Translations under genes and position numbers: made by a program | In this document: positions 47,154 to 59,100 of the stretch, piece by piece | How the letters are laid out: each line of letters starts with the position of its first letter | Numbering within the stretch: position 1 is the stretch's first letter | DNA from: Prosthecobacter sp. | Lineage (GTDB): Bacteria > Verrucomicrobiota > Verrucomicrobiia > Verrucomicrobiales > Verrucomicrobiaceae | DNA length: 64,000 bases | Reading direction: 5' to 3' | NCBI RefSeq assembly: GCF_020439865.1 | Contig: NZ_JAGRPF010000073.1 | Span: forward strand, 10,927-74,926 | The notes under the pieces: model-generated | What the model was told of the DNA's origin: nothing | Database searches by the model: none | Seen by the model: the letters and a program-made list of their open reading frames with translations, nothing else

Positions 47154-47228
47154 GCTGTTATAGCTCAGTGGTAGAGCACGTCCTTGGTAAGGACGAGGTC
47201 GAGGGTTCAAGTCCCTCTAACAGCTCCA
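47154..47228 (+). tRNA. trnT: tRNA-Thr(GGT)
   Basis: Acceptor GCTGTTA/TAACAGC, anticodon arm CGTCC-TTGGTAA-GGACG, GTTCAA T-loop, encoded CCA. Confidence 0.97.
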
Positions 47229-47303
47229 GTGGCAGAACGGTGGGGATCTTCGAAACACGACAAACGAACCAGTTCAAGCGCACCCCCTCACCTAACCTAC
47301 TCC

Positions 47304-48488
47304 ATGGCTAAAGAAGCATTCCAACGCAACAAGCCTCACGTCAACATCGGTACGATTGGCCACGTTGACCACGGCAAGACCACCCTGACCGCTGCCATCA
47401 CGACCGTCCTTTCCAAGAAAGGCTTCGCCCAGGCACGTGCCTACGATCAAATTGACGCTGCTCCCGAAGAGAAAGAGCGCGGCATCACGATCAACACCGC
47501 TCACGTGGAGTATGAAACCGACAAGCGTCACTATGCGCACGTGGACTGCCCCGGCCACGCCGACTATGTGAAGAACATGATCACCGGCGCTGCTCAGATG
47601 GACGGTGCGATTCTCGTGGTGTCCGCCGCTGACGGCCCGATGCCTCAGACCCGTGAGCACATCCTGCTCGCCCGCCAGGTCGGCGTGCCCGCCCTCTGCG
47701 TGTTCATGAATAAAGTGGACATGGTGGATGACGCCGAACTCCTCGACCTCGTTGAGATGGAAGTTCGCGACCTTCTCTCCAAGTATGACTTCCCGGGTGA
47801 TGACATCCCGATCGTCAAGGGTTCCGCCCTCAAGGCTCTCGAAGGTGATGCCGAACACGAAGGCAACATCCTCAAGCTCATGGAAGCTGTGGACAGCTAC
47901 ATCCCGTTGCCTGAGCGTCCGATCGACAAAGATTTCCTTATGCCCGTCGAAGACGTGTTCGCGATCGAAGGTCGTGGCACCGTCTGCACCGGCCGTGTCG
48001 AGCGTGGGATCATCAAGAAGATGTCCGAAGTCGAAATCGTCGGCATTCGTCCGACCGTCAAGACGACCGTCACCGACATCGAAATGTTCCGCAAGCTTCT
48101 CGACGAAGGTCGTGCAGGCGACAATGTCGGTCTTCTGCTTCGCGGCACGAAGAAGAGCGATGTCGAGCGCGGCCAGGTGATCGCCAAGCCGGGTTCCGTC
48201 ACCCCTCATAAGAAGTTCACCGCAGAGGTGTACGTCCTTTCCAAGGATGAAGGCGGCCGTCACACGCCGTTCTTCAACAACTACCGCCCGCAGTTCTACT
48301 TCCGCACCACGGACGTGACCGGCAGCGTGAAGCTTCCTGAAGGTGTCGAAATGGTGATGCCTGGTGACAACGTCTCGATCGAGGTCGAGCTGATCACCCC
48401 GATCGCCATGGAGAAGACCATCCGTTTCGCCATCCGCGAGGGCGGCAAGACCGTGGGTGCCGGCCGTGTGGCCAACATCCTCGACTAA
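47304..48488 (+). CDS. tuf: Elongation factor Tu
   Basis: [46 protein letters not shown]; 394 aa. Confidence 0.99.
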   Translation: MAKEAFQRNKPHVNIGTIGHVDHGKTTLTAAITTVLSKKGFAQARAYDQIDAAPEEKERGITINTAHVEYETDKRHYAHVDCPGHADYVKNMITGAAQMDGAILVVSAADGPMPQTREHILLARQVGVPALCVFMNKVDMVDDAELLDLVEMEVRDLLSKYDFPGDDIPIVKGSALKALEGDAEHEGNILKLMEAVDSYIPLPERPIDKDFLMPVEDVFAIEGRGTVCTGRVERGIIKKMSEVEIVGIRPTVKTTVTDIEMFRKLLDEGRAGDNVGLLLRGTKKSDVERGQVIAKPGSVTPHKKFTAEVYVLSKDEGGRHTPFFNNYRPQFYFRTTDVTGSVKLPEGVEMVMPGDNVSIEVELITPIAMEKTIRFAIREGGKTVGAGRVANILD

Positions 48489-48516
48489 GCTCATCTAGTT
48501 CGTTTGTCTCGAAACC

Positions 48517-48545
48517 CCGCCGGGTCTGGCGCACAGGCCCGGCGG
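48517..48545 (+). terminator. GC-rich hairpin after tuf (no U-tract; pause or processing site)
   Basis: CCGCCGGGTCT-loop-AGGCCCGGCGG. Confidence 0.4.
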
Positions 48546-48639
48546 TGGATTCGTCTCCTGATCGGAGTCGAAAGGGGCGGCGGACTTGCCAAATCGAATT
48601 CATCCGTTATTTCATTCCGGGAAGCTTTCTCGCTCACAC

Positions 48640-48715
48640 AGGTCAGTAGCTCAATTGGTAGAGTAGCGGTCTCCAAAACCGTCGGTTGGGGGTTCGAGTC
48701 CCTCCTGGCCTGCCA
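48640..48715 (+). tRNA. trnW: tRNA-Trp(CCA)
   Basis: Acceptor AGGTCAG/CTGGCCT, anticodon arm GCGGT-CTCCAAA-ACCGT, GTTCGA, encoded CCA. Confidence 0.97.
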
Positions 48716-48757
48716 GCGAAAATCCCGGAATCATCCGCAGAAAACGAAACGCTTCAC

Positions 48758-48976
48758 ATGAGCCGCATCCGCAAATACATCAGCGAGGTCATCCTTGAAC
48801 TCAAGAAGGCCACCTGGCCTTGGGATCCCAAGGAGAAGGGCTTCGCAAAATACCGCGAGTTGAATGAGTCCACAGTGGTGGTGTTCATCGCGATGATCCT
48901 GCTCGGAGGCTTCGTGGCGGCGTTTGACATCAGTTTCAAGTGGGCTTTCGAAGCCGCTCAGAAGCTGGGCATGTAA
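48758..48976 (+). CDS. secE: Preprotein translocase subunit SecE
   Basis: ELKKATWP motif, single TM helix, canonical position between trnW and nusG. Confidence 0.93.
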   Translation: MSRIRKYISEVILELKKATWPWDPKEKGFAKYRELNESTVVVFIAMILLGGFVAAFDISFKWAFEAAQKLGM

Positions 48977-49016
48977 TCTCCCGTCCCCCCCCAACCCCCT
49001 TTCCTCCAACTCTTTT

Positions 49017-49586
49017 ATGGGAGCCATCCCCGCACCCCGCGACCAGTGGTTTGTCATCCACGTCCGCTCCGGCCTTGAACAAAAGGTCCGTGACAGCATG
49101 CTCCGCCGTATCGAAAAGGAGGAGATGGGGGATTATGTCTTCCAAGTTCTCGTGCCCATGGAACGCGTGGCCGAGGTGAAGAAAGGCAAGCGCTCCGAAA
49201 GTAATCGCAAGTTTTTCCCCGGCTACGTTATCGCCAACTGTCACCTACTGGACGACCACAACCGTCTGGTGGACAAGACTTGGTACTTCGTCAAGGAAAC
49301 CGACGGCGTTCTCAACTTCGCAGGCACAAAAGATCACCCGATCCCCATGCGTGCGAAGGAAGTGGAGGCCATGCTGGCCCAGGTGCGCGATAAAGACGAA
49401 GGTGCCGTGCCCAAGATCGCCTTCAATCTCGGCGACACAGTCCGCGTGGCCGATGGTCCTTTCGAAAGCCAGAACGGCATCGTCGAGGAGATCGACCCAG
49501 AGCGCGGTGTGTTGCGGGTCTCCGTCAACATTTTCGGCCGCTCCACCCCGGTCGATCTCGAATACTGGCAGGTCGAGAAGGCATAA
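49017..49586 (+). CDS. nusG: Transcription termination/antitermination factor NusG
   Basis: WFVIHVRSGLE, FFPGYV, KOW motif GDTVRVADGPF, IFGRSTPVDLEY.QVEK. Confidence 0.97.
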   Translation: MGAIPAPRDQWFVIHVRSGLEQKVRDSMLRRIEKEEMGDYVFQVLVPMERVAEVKKGKRSESNRKFFPGYVIANCHLLDDHNRLVDKTWYFVKETDGVLNFAGTKDHPIPMRAKEVEAMLAQVRDKDEGAVPKIAFNLGDTVRVADGPFESQNGIVEEIDPERGVLRVSVNIFGRSTPVDLEYWQVEKA

Positions 49587-49640
49587 GCCGAGACGCCGCC
49601 ACACTGAATCTAATCTAAAGCAAGCAAGGAATACAAACAC

Positions 49641-50066
49641 ATGGCCAAGGAAATCATCAAACTCATCAAGCTCCAGATCAAGGCTGGTGCCGCCAACCCC
49701 GCACCGCCCATCGGCCCTGCTCTCGGTCAGGCCGGTGTGAACATCATGGCCTTCTGCAAGGAGTTCAACGCCGCCACCTCCAAGGCTGGTGGTGATGTGC
49801 TGCCGACCGTTATCACGGTTTACAAGGACAAGAGCTTCACCTTCATCACCAAGCAGCCGCCGGCCTCAAACCTTCTGAAAAAGGTGGCCAACATCGCGTC
49901 CGGCTCCGGCGAAGCCAACAAGAAGAAGGTGGCTAAAATCACCAAAGCCCAGTTGCTTGAAGCCACCAAGCTCAAGCTTGCCGACTTGAACACCTCCGAC
50001 CTCGAACGCGCTTCCCGCATCATGGCTGGAACCGCCCGTCAGATGGGCATCGAAATCGCCGAATAA
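49641..50066 (+). CDS. rplK: 50S ribosomal protein L11
   Basis: [35 protein letters not shown]. Confidence 0.99.
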   Translation: MAKEIIKLIKLQIKAGAANPAPPIGPALGQAGVNIMAFCKEFNAATSKAGGDVLPTVITVYKDKSFTFITKQPPASNLLKKVANIASGSGEANKKKVAKITKAQLLEATKLKLADLNTSDLERASRIMAGTARQMGIEIAE

Positions 50067-50080
50067 TCCCCCAACCCGAA

Positions 50081-50111
50081 GCAGGAGAACGTCACAGTTC
50101 GCCACCACTGC
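50081..50111 (+). promoter_or_regulatory. Putative L1-binding autoregulatory mRNA element upstream of rplA
   Basis: GCAG-GAG-AAC-loop-GTT-CGCCACCA-CTGC: two stems around an asymmetric loop with GGAG, resembling the 23S L1 site; ends 9 nt before the ATG. Confidence 0.55.
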
Positions 50112-50120
50112 ACACACACC

Positions 50121-50819
50121 ATGCAAAAGAGAAGCAAACGCTACAAGAAAGCCGCCGAGATGGTCCCGGCAGGAAAGGCATTTACGCTTGAAGAAGCGGC
50201 CGAACTCCTGCGCAAACTCCCTGGCACCAAGTTCAACCAGACCGTCACCCTGTCTTTCCGCATGGGCGTCGATCCAAAGAAGAGCGACCAGATGGTTCGC
50301 GGCACCTGCCCGCTGCCTCATGGTTCCGGTAAAACGGTACGCGTCGCCGTGTTCGCCCAGGGCGCTGCCGCTGACGCAGCCAAGGCTGCCGGTGCTGACA
50401 TCGTCGGCAACGAAGATCTGATCGCCAAGGTCAAGGATGGCTTCACTGATTTCGACGTCGCCATCGCCACGCCTGCCGCCATGAACGAAGTCCGCAAGCT
50501 CGGTAAGCAGCTCGGACCTCGCGGCCTGATGCCTAATCCGCGAACCGGCACCGTGACCGAAGACACCGCCGCCGCTGTCAAGGCCGTCAAGGCCGGCCGT
50601 GCCGACTTCAAACTCGACAAGAACGGCAACATCGCCTCTTCCGTCGGCAAGGCTTCTTTCGAAGTGGCCCAGCTCGCTGAAAACGCCACCTCGCTGATCG
50701 AAGCCGTGGTGCGTGCCAAGCCCGCCTCCGCCCGTGGTCGCTACGTTGAAACCATCACTCTCGCCGCCACCATGTCGCCCGCGCTCCGCATCGATGTGTC
50801 GAAGTACGTCAAACTCTAA
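50121..50819 (+). CDS. rplA: 50S ribosomal protein L1
   Basis: KFNQTV, GVDPKKSDQMVRG..LPHG.GK, LGPRGLMPNP.TGTV. Confidence 0.99.
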   Translation: MQKRSKRYKKAAEMVPAGKAFTLEEAAELLRKLPGTKFNQTVTLSFRMGVDPKKSDQMVRGTCPLPHGSGKTVRVAVFAQGAAADAAKAAGADIVGNEDLIAKVKDGFTDFDVAIATPAAMNEVRKLGKQLGPRGLMPNPRTGTVTEDTAAAVKAVKAGRADFKLDKNGNIASSVGKASFEVAQLAENATSLIEAVVRAKPASARGRYVETITLAATMSPALRIDVSKYVKL

Positions 50820-50837
50820 TTCCTGCAGCACCGAAAC

Positions 50838-51347
50838 ATGAAAGCTCTCAAATCATTGCTCATTGATGACCTGCTGCAACGGGTCAATGCATCTCCGTTC
50901 CTGTTCGTCGTCGACTACACCGGCCTGAAGGTCGACAAGTTCGCCGAACTGCGCAAGCGCCTCAGCGCTGTTGGCGCCGAGATCCACGTCTTCAAAAACA
51001 ACCTTGTGAAGAAGGCTGCTGAAAAGGCCGGATTCCCGGGTGAACTGGGCGCCCACCTCACCGGGCAGAGCGCCTACGTGACCGGAGCCAAGGACGTCTG
51101 CGCCGCCGCGAAGACCATGAAGAACTTCGCCGCCGAGTTTGAAAAGCCGGTGATGAAAGTCGGCATTCTCGACGGCAAGCTGCTCGATGCCGCCGCCATC
51201 AAGGCGCTCGCCGACCTGCCTGCCCGCGAAGTTCTCCTCGCCCAGCTGCTTGGCGTTCTTCAGGCTCCTGCTTCGAAACTTGTTCGCACCCTCAACGAAC
51301 CTGCCGCATCGCTTGCACGCGTGCTCAAGGCCAAGGGCGAGCAATAA
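50838..51347 (+). CDS. rplJ: 50S ribosomal protein L10
   Basis: VDYTGLKV, LRK.L, VFKNNL, LADLPAREVLLAQLLG. Confidence 0.97.
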   Translation: MKALKSLLIDDLLQRVNASPFLFVVDYTGLKVDKFAELRKRLSAVGAEIHVFKNNLVKKAAEKAGFPGELGAHLTGQSAYVTGAKDVCAAAKTMKNFAAEFEKPVMKVGILDGKLLDAAAIKALADLPAREVLLAQLLGVLQAPASKLVRTLNEPAASLARVLKAKGEQ

Positions 51348-51492
51348 TCTTTGCCAACTTCCCAACCCATTTGACCAGATGGCCCGTAAAATGGCCTGAA
51401 TACCCAAACACCCAATGGTTCCTCGCCGGAGCGACAGCTTTCGCTCTTAAACCATCCGATGCTTCGGACCACGGCGATACCGACATACTAAC

Positions 51493-51879
51493 ATGGCTGA
51501 CCTGAATAAAATCGTTGAAGAACTGAGTGGCTTGACCGTCCTGGAAGTCGCTGAACTTGTGAAATCCCTCGAGGAAAAGTGGGGCGTTAGCGCCGCTGCT
51601 CCTGTCGCGGTTGCCGCTGCCGGCGCCGCCGGTGGTGCTGCTCCTGCAGCCGCCGCTGAGGAAAAGACCGAGTTTGATGTCGTGCTTGCCGACGCTGGTG
51701 CCAATAAGATTGGCGTCATCAAGGAAGTCCGCGGCGTTGTCCCCGGCCTTGGCCTTGCCGAAGCGAAGAAGCTCGTCGAGAGCGCTCCGCAGACGCTCAA
51801 GGAAGGCTGCAAAAAGGACGAAGCCGAAGACATCAAGAAGAAATTGGAAGCCGCTGGCGCCAAGGTCACGATCAAGTAG
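51493..51879 (+). CDS. rplL: 50S ribosomal protein L7/L12
   Basis: [41 protein letters not shown]. Confidence 0.99.
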   Translation: MADLNKIVEELSGLTVLEVAELVKSLEEKWGVSAAAPVAVAAAGAAGGAAPAAAAEEKTEFDVVLADAGANKIGVIKEVRGVVPGLGLAEAKKLVESAPQTLKEGCKKDEAEDIKKKLEAAGAKVTIK

Positions 51880-52259
51880 TCTCTCGTTCCTCCTGCTCTT
51901 TGCCGCGTGGCGTCTGCGTTCATCTGCAGCGCCGCGCGGTCAGGAGCCCTCAGTTAGTGTTAGTTTAATCCCCCGTTTGATTAGTTCCATCGCATGCCCG
52001 CAACCCCCCGCGACTCTCTCCTGAACCTCCGCAGCAAGTGCTACGGTTCCGGGGCTGCTCGCGATGTCGCGCATGCTTCTGACAATTTTCATGGCCTGAA
52101 CCTGGGTTTCCACCCCGGTTCCGGCTGCTTCGTTTTCGCGACAATCGCAAGTGATGCCGGGCTGGCCGCCTGACATCGCTCCTTTGTTGCTTCGCGGAAC
52201 TCACCCTTCCGCATCCCGTGCCACCGCCAATCGCCCCCTAACCGCCTCATCCCTGCCTT

Positions 52260-55200
52260 ATGTCCCAGCGCACTAACTTTGGCAAAATCCACGAAGTCGC
52301 CGAGCCACCGAACCTCATCGAGATCCAGCTCCGCTCATACGAGGAGTTTCTCCAGAAAAACATCCTGCCCTCGAAGCGCAAGGACCTTGGCCTTCAGGCC
52401 GTGTTCCGGGAAGTTTTCCCGATCACCAGCTACGATGAGAAAATGACGCTCGATTTCGTCATGTACGAAATCGGAGAACCCAAGCTCAACTCCCTCGAAG
52501 CGATTCACGAGGCCGAGACCTACAGCGCACCGCTTTACGTGACCTATGAGCTCAAGGATGAGCAGGGCGCCAAGCAGGAGCGTGTTTACATGGGCGAAAT
52601 CCCCCTCATGACCGTGCGCGGCACGTTCGTGATCAACGGAGCCGAGCGTGTGGTCGTCTCCCAGCTTCATCGTTCCCCGGGCATCTGCTTCGAAACCACC
52701 CAGCATCTCAACGGTCGCTGGCTGCATGGCTTCCGCATCATTCCTGACCGCGGCACCTGGCTCGAAGTGCAGTTCGACACAAACGACCTGCTTTACGTCT
52801 ATCTCGACCGTCGTCGTCGTCGTCGCAAGTTCCTCGCCACCACGCTTCTGCGCGTGATCGGTTTCCCGACGGACGAGGACATCCTCAAGCTGTTCTACGA
52901 AATCCAGGACCTGAAGCTGAAGGACAGCATTTCTGAAGAGGAAATCGCCACCAAGATCCTCTTCAAGGACATCCTCGACGGCGAACTCATCGTCGCCCGC
53001 GCGTACGAGCCGCTCACCCAGGGCGTCGTGCGTCAGCTCATTCAGCTTGGCCACAAGTCCATCAAAGTCGTCACCGCATCGCCCGACGACCTGCTCATCA
53101 CTTCTCTCCGCAAGGACACTGCGAAGGACGAGGACGAAGCGCTCAAGGAAATCTACCGCCGCCTGCGTCCGGGCGATCCGCCCACCACGCCGAACGCGCG
53201 TGCGCTGGTGAAACGCCTGTTCTTCGATCCGAAGCGCTATGACCTCACTCGCGTTGGTCGCTACAAGATCAACCAGAAGCTCGGTCTCAAGGTGGACACC
53301 GAAATGCGCATCCTCACCGCCGAGGACGTCATCTCCGCGCTCCGCTACCTGTTCCACCTGCGTGAAGGGCAGGGCATTCTGGATGATATCGACCATCTCG
53401 GCAGCCGCCGTGTGCGTGCCGTGGGCGAACTTCTCGCCAATCAGTGCCGCGTGGGCCTTTCCCGCACCGAGCGTCTCGTCAAGGAGCGCATGACCTTGTT
53501 CGACGTGAACATGGACACCATGACGCCCGCCAAGCTCGTCAATCCGAAGGCGCTCTCCGCCGTTGTTCGCGACTTCTTCGGTCGCAGCCAGCTCAGTCAG
53601 TTCATGGACCAGATTAATCCTCTGGCCGAATTGACCCACAAACGCCGTTTGTCCGCACTCGGGCCAGGAGGTCTGAATCGTGACCGCGCCGGCTTCGAAG
53701 TGCGTGACGTTCACCCGTCCCACTACGGCCGTATTTGCCCGATTGAGACTCCGGAAGGTCCGAACATCGGTCTGATCAACTCCCTCGGCTCCTACGCCCG
53801 CATCAACGAGTTCGGCTTCATCGAAACGCCTTACCGTCCGGTCAAGGACTGCGTCGTGTCCGAGAAGATCGAGTATCTCACCGCCGACCAGGAAGAGAAG
53901 CATTACATCGCCCAGTCGAACAATCCGGTCGATGAGAAAGGCCGCTTCAAAGGCAGCAAGATCACCGTGCGCTATCGTGGCGACTTCATTGAAGTCGAAC
54001 CCGAGAAGGCCACGCTTATGGACGTGTCGCCGAAGCAGCTCGTTTCCGTTGCTGCCGCACTCATTCCGTTCCTCGAGCACGATGACGCCAACCGTGCCCT
54101 CATGGGTTCCAACATGCAGCGCCAGGGCGTTCCTTTGCTCGAAGGTGAATCTCCGCTCGTTGGCACCGGCATGGAAGGCAAGGCGGCACGCGACTCGCGT
54201 TCAGTAATCGTGGCTGATGCCAACGGCACTGTCGCCGCCGCCACCGCCGACGTGATCATCATCACGAAGGACGGCAACCTGCCGGTCAAAGACGAAAAAT
54301 TCCTCGAGAACCCGCTCAAGTCGGTGCAGACCGACGAGGAGAAAGGCACGCACGTCTATCCGCTTCGCAAATTCGGCCGCAGCAATGCCGGCACCTGCAT
54401 CAACCAGCAACCGCTGGTGAAGCGTGGGCAGAAGATCAAGAAGGGCGACGTCATCGCTGACGGTCCTTGCACCGATCAGGGTGAACTTGCCATCGGCAAG
54501 AACATGCTCGTCGCGTTCATGCCTTGGAACGGCTACAACTTCGAAGACGCCATCACCATCAGCCGTCGCGTGGTGAAGGAGGACATCTACACCTCCATCC
54601 ACATCGAAGACTTCGAAGTCATCGCTCGTGACACGAAGCTTGGACCAGAAGAAATCACGCGTGACATCCCGAACGTCGGTGATGAAGCGCTGAAGAACCT
54701 CGACGCCCAGGGCGTCGTGCGCATCGGCGCGGAAGTGAAGCCTGGCGACATTCTTGTCGGCAAGATCACTCCGAAATCCGAAACCGAACTCGCCCCTGAA
54801 GAGCGCCTTCTGCGCGCCATCTTCGGTGAAAAGGCCGCCGACGTGAAGGACACCTCCCTGCGTGTTCCCTCCGGTTGCACCGGCATCATCATGGATGTCC
54901 GCATCGCCCAGCGCGGTGCAGGAGCTGACTCTGAGAAGGAGAAGCTCTCTCCTGCCGAGTACAAGCGTCACATCAAGCAGATCGAAGAAGACTACCGCAG
55001 CAAGAAGGAAGACCTCACCGAGCAGCTCACCGAGCGTCTTTCCGACATCCTGCTCAATGAAAAGATCCCGCTCGACATCGTGAACGGTCAGACCGGCGAG
55101 CCTCTTGTTGGTGCCAACAAGAAGATCACCAAGACGATGCTTCGTCACGTGGCCGAAAGCTACGACACGATCGAAATCGACCCGAGCCCGATCCGCAACA

Positions 55201-56120
55201 AGATCTTCGACATCATCCAGACCTTCGAACAGAAGTTCTCCGATGCCGACATGGAACGTGAGCGCAACCTCGACAAGATCGAGAGCAGCGAAGACACCGC
55301 CGATTCAGGCGTGGTCAAGCAGGTGCGCGTCTTCCTCGCCAGCAAGCGCAAGCTTTCGGTGGGTGACAAGATGGCCGGCCGTCACGGTAACAAAGGTATC
55401 GTCGCCAACATTGTTCCGGAAGAAGACATGCCGTTCCTCGAAAACGGAACTCCGGTGGACATCGTGCTCAACCCGCTGGGCGTGCCATCGCGCATGAACG
55501 TGGGTCAGGTGCTTGAAACCCACCTTGGCCTCGCCGCGAAAGCGCTCGGCATGAAGATCGCCACGCCGGTGTTCGACGGCATTCCTGAGTCCAAGATCAT
55601 GGAGTACATCAAGGAAGCCAAGAAGGTTCCCGGCTACGAGTGGATGGGCCTCAATGGCAAGTCCAAGCTCTTCGATGGTCGCACCGGTGACTCCTTTAGC
55701 CTGGATGTCGTTGTCGGCTACATCTACATGCTGAAGCTGAACCACCTTGTCGCTGACAAAATCCACGCACGTGCCGTCGGACCTTACTCTCTCGTCACGC
55801 AGCAGCCTCTTGGCGGCAAGGCCCAATACGGCGGCCAGCGTTTCGGGGAAATGGAAGTGTGGGCGCTTGAAGCCTACGGTGCCGCGTTCACGCTGCAGGA
55901 GCTCCTCACCGTCAAATCCGACGATGTTCAGGGACGCACGCGCATTTACGAACAGATCGTCAAGGGTGACCACGCCCTGGAAGCCGGCACGCCGGAATCC
56001 TTCAACGTGCTCATCAAGGAAATGCAGTCCCTCGGCCTCGACGTGAAGGTGCATAAACGCTCCAACGCGAATGCTGACGCCGAAGCTCTCGAAAGCTTTG
56101 CCACCTCGGCGGGTGCTTAA
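52260..56120 (+). CDS. rpoB: RNA polymerase beta subunit
   Basis: [61 protein letters not shown]. Confidence 0.99.
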   Translation: MSQRTNFGKIHEVAEPPNLIEIQLRSYEEFLQKNILPSKRKDLGLQAVFREVFPITSYDEKMTLDFVMYEIGEPKLNSLEAIHEAETYSAPLYVTYELKDEQGAKQERVYMGEIPLMTVRGTFVINGAERVVVSQLHRSPGICFETTQHLNGRWLHGFRIIPDRGTWLEVQFDTNDLLYVYLDRRRRRRKFLATTLLRVIGFPTDEDILKLFYEIQDLKLKDSISEEEIATKILFKDILDGELIVARAYEPLTQGVVRQLIQLGHKSIKVVTASPDDLLITSLRKDTAKDEDEALKEIYRRLRPGDPPTTPNARALVKRLFFDPKRYDLTRVGRYKINQKLGLKVDTEMRILTAEDVISALRYLFHLREGQGILDDIDHLGSRRVRAVGELLANQCRVGLSRTERLVKERMTLFDVNMDTMTPAKLVNPKALSAVVRDFFGRSQLSQFMDQINPLAELTHKRRLSALGPGGLNRDRAGFEVRDVHPSHYGRICPIETPEGPNIGLINSLGSYARINEFGFIETPYRPVKDCVVSEKIEYLTADQEEKHYIAQSNNPVDEKGRFKGSKITVRYRGDFIEVEPEKATLMDVSPKQLVSVAAALIPFLEHDDANRALMGSNMQRQGVPLLEGESPLVGTGMEGKAARDSRSVIVADANGTVAAATADVIIITKDGNLPVKDEKFLENPLKSVQTDEEKGTHVYPLRKFGRSNAGTCINQQPLVKRGQKIKKGDVIADGPCTDQGELAIGKNMLVAFMPWNGYNFEDAITISRRVVKEDIYTSIHIEDFEVIARDTKLGPEEITRDIPNVGDEALKNLDAQGVVRIGAEVKPGDILVGKITPKSETELAPEERLLRAIFGEKAADVKDTSLRVPSGCTGIIMDVRIAQRGAGADSEKEKLSPAEYKRHIKQIEEDYRSKKEDLTEQLTERLSDILLNEKIPLDIVNGQTGEPLVGANKKITKTMLRHVAESYDTIEIDPSPIRNKIFDIIQTFEQKFSDADMERERNLDKIESSEDTADSGVVKQVRVFLASKRKLSVGDKMAGRHGNKGIVANIVPEEDMPFLENGTPVDIVLNPLGVPSRMNVGQVLETHLGLAAKALGMKIATPVFDGIPESKIMEYIKEAKKVPGYEWMGLNGKSKLFDGRTGDSFSLDVVVGYIYMLKLNHLVADKIHARAVGPYSLVTQQPLGGKAQYGGQRFGEMEVWALEAYGAAFTLQELLTVKSDDVQGRTRIYEQIVKGDHALEAGTPESFNVLIKEMQSLGLDVKVHKRSNANADAEALESFATSAGA

Positions 56121-56173
56121 TCCGCCTTCCCCAGAAACCCAGCGCCAAAAACTGCCACCCATCTCCACACATC

Positions 56174-59100
56174 ATGAATGCTGACGCGAGCTTGAAAGAA
56201 ATCTTCGGGGAACCCCAACACGGCGAGGAGTTCGACTATGTGTCGATCTGCATCGCCTCCGCCGACCGCACCCGCTCCTGGTCCTCCGGCGAAGTCAAGA
56301 ATCCAGAAACCATCAACTACCGCACCTTCAAGCCTGAAAAAGGCGGCTTGTTCTGCGAGCGCATCTTCGGGCCCACCCGTGACTGGGAGTGTGCCTGCGG
56401 CAAGTACAAGCGCATCAAGCACAAGGGCGTTGTTTGCGACCGCTGTGGCGTTGAAGTGACCCTCTCCCGCGTTCGTCGTGAGCGCATGGGCCACATCGAG
56501 CTCGCCGTGCCGGTGACTCACATCTGGTTTTACAAGTGTATGCCTTCCCGCATCGGCCTCATGCTAGACATGACCGCTCGTTCGCTGGAGCGCGTGATTT
56601 ACTATGAAGACTACATGGTCATCGATCCGGGCAGCACGCCGCTTCAGCGCGGCCAGCTCCTGACCGAAGTCGACCTGCGCGAAGCCGAGGAGCAGTATGG
56701 TGCAGACGCCTTCCGCGTCGGCATGGGCGCCCAGGCCATCCGCGACATCTTCTCCCAGATCAATTTGGCCGATCAGATCAAGGAACTCGAGGAGGCGATG
56801 ACCAAGACGCGCTCCAAGCAGATTCGCAAGAAGCTCGCCAAGCGTCTCAAGCTCTGCCAGGGCTTTGCCGAAAGCCACAGCCGTCCGGAATGGATGATTC
56901 TCGAAGTGCTTCCGGTCATTCCGCCGGACCTTCGTCCTCTCGTTCCTCTCGAAGGCGGACGCTTTGCGACCTCCGACCTCAACGATCTCTATCGTCGCGT
57001 CATCAACCGCAACAACCGTCTCAAGAACCTCCTTCAACTGCGCACGCCGGATGTCATCATCCGCAACGAAAAGCGCATGCTGCAGGAAGCCGTCGATGCG
57101 TTGTTCGACAACGGCCGCCACGGCCGTCCTGTCACCGGCGCCGGCAACCGTCCGCTGAAGTCGATGTCCGACATGCTCAAGGGCAAGTCCGGCCGCTTCC
57201 GTCAGAACCTGCTCGGCAAGCGTGTCGATTACTCCGGCCGTTCCGTCATCGTTATCGGTCCTGACCTTCTGCTGCACCAATGCGGTCTGCCGAAAAAGAT
57301 GGCGCTTGTCCTGTTTGAACCTTTCATCATCCGCCGCCTCAAGGAGATGGGCCTCGTGCACACCGTCCGCAGTGCGAAAAAGATGATTGAGCGCCGCACG
57401 CCCGAAGTATGGGACATTCTTGACGAAGTGACCAAGGGCCACCCGGTGCTCCTCAACCGCGCTCCGACGCTCCACCGTCTCTCGATTCAGGCTTTCGAAC
57501 CGAAGCTCATCGAAGGTGAGGCCATTCGCGTACATCCCCTCGTTTGTACGGCCTACAACGCCGACTTCGACGGTGACCAGATGGCCGTTCACGTTCCGCT
57601 TTCCATCGAAGCTCAGATGGAGGCCCGCCTGCTCATGCTCGCGCCGAACAACCTGTTCAGCCCAGCATCCGGCAAGCCCGTGATGAACCCCTCCCAGGAC
57701 ATTCCTCTGGGCTGCTACTTCCTCACCTACCTGCGTGAGTTCCCGAGCCACGACGCCAAGGCGAAGAAGGGCGAGGTCGAAGGACGCGTGCCGGTCTTCA
57801 ACGACGCTTCCGAAGTCGAGTTCGCAATCTCTGAAGGCGGTCTTTCCGTGAATGACAAGATCCGTTTCCGTAATCCGGACTACGGCCTGCCGAAGCGTCC
57901 TTATGGCGATCCGACCAAGGCTGTGATCGAAACCACCGCGGGTCGCGTGCTCTTCAATGAAACCTGGCCGGAAGGCCTCGGCTTCATCAACACCACTGTC
58001 GGCAAGAAGCAGGTGTCAGACATCATCTGGCGCTGCTTCCAGACCGTGGGGCAGAAGGAGGCCGTTGCCGCTCTTGACCGTCTCAAGCAGCTCGGTTTCC
58101 GCGAAGCCACCCGTTCCGGTTGTTCCATCGGGATCACTGACATGGTCATTCCGCAGGCCAAAGCCGGCGGTCTCGACAACGCCTACAAGCAGATCGAGGA
58201 AATCGAGAAGCAGTATCGCCGCGGTATCATCACCCATGGTGAGCGCTATCAGAAGATCATCGACATCTGGACCCAGGTGGGTGAAATCGTCGCTGACGAA
58301 CTCTTCCGCACGCTGGAGTACAACGACGGCAAGAAGCATCACAACCCGCTCTACGTCATGGTCAACTCGGGCGCCCGAGGCAACCGTACGCAGATCAAGC
58401 AGCTCGCTGGCATGCGAGGCCTGATGGCCAAGCCCTCCGGTGAGATCATCGAACGCCCGATCACCTCGAACTTCCGCGAAGGTCTGACGGTGCTCGAGTA
58501 CTTCATTTCCACTCACGGTGCTCGCAAAGGTCTGGCAGACACCGCCTTGAAGACCGCTGACTCCGGTTACATGACCCGCAAGCTCGTCGATGTGTCCCAG
58601 GACGTCATCGTCACCGAAGAAGATTGCGGCACCGTCAACGGAATCACGCTTTCTTCCATCTATCAGGGTGATGAAGAGATCGTTGATCTCAAGACTCGCG
58701 TCTATGGTCGCACCAGTTGCGAAACCATTCATGACCCCGTGGACAAGAGCGTTGTCATCAAGGCGGGCCAGCTCGCTTCCGAAAAGGAGGCCGCACACCT
58801 TGCGAAGATCGGCGTCGAGAAGCTCAAGATCCGCTCTGTGCTCACTTGCGAAAGCAAGCGTGGCTGCTGCTCGAAGTGCTACGGTCTCCACCTCGCCACG
58901 CATCGCATGGCGAAGATCGGCGAAGCCGTCGGCATCGTGGCCGCCCAGTCCATTGGCGAACCGGGAACGCAGCTTACCATGCGTACCTTCCACGTGGGTG
59001 GTGCCGCCATGAGCTCCTTCAAGCAGCCCTTCATCAACACCAAGAACGCCGGTATCGTCAAGTACACCGACATGCGTGCGGTGCAGACCATTGAAGGCAC

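Noticed and set aside
46809-47210. 134-aa N-terminal extension of the vWA/HEAT ORF
   Set aside because: Overlaps tRNA-Thr and the tuf-operon promoter; a signal peptide begins at the ATG at 46808.
47292-48494. 400-aa minus-strand ORF over tuf (similar long ORFs lie opposite rpoB, rpoC and smc)
   Set aside because: Antisense shadows caused by the strong codon bias of highly expressed genes; no recognisable motifs.
48489-48639. Possible rpmG between tuf and tRNA-Trp
   Set aside because: No L33-like ORF is present; only a hairpin and a weak promoter-like sequence.
53570-53680. Possible rifampicin-resistance signature in rpoB
   Set aside because: The key positions (Q, D, H, S of cluster I) are wild-type-like; GRSQLS is a lineage-type variant rather than evidence of resistance.
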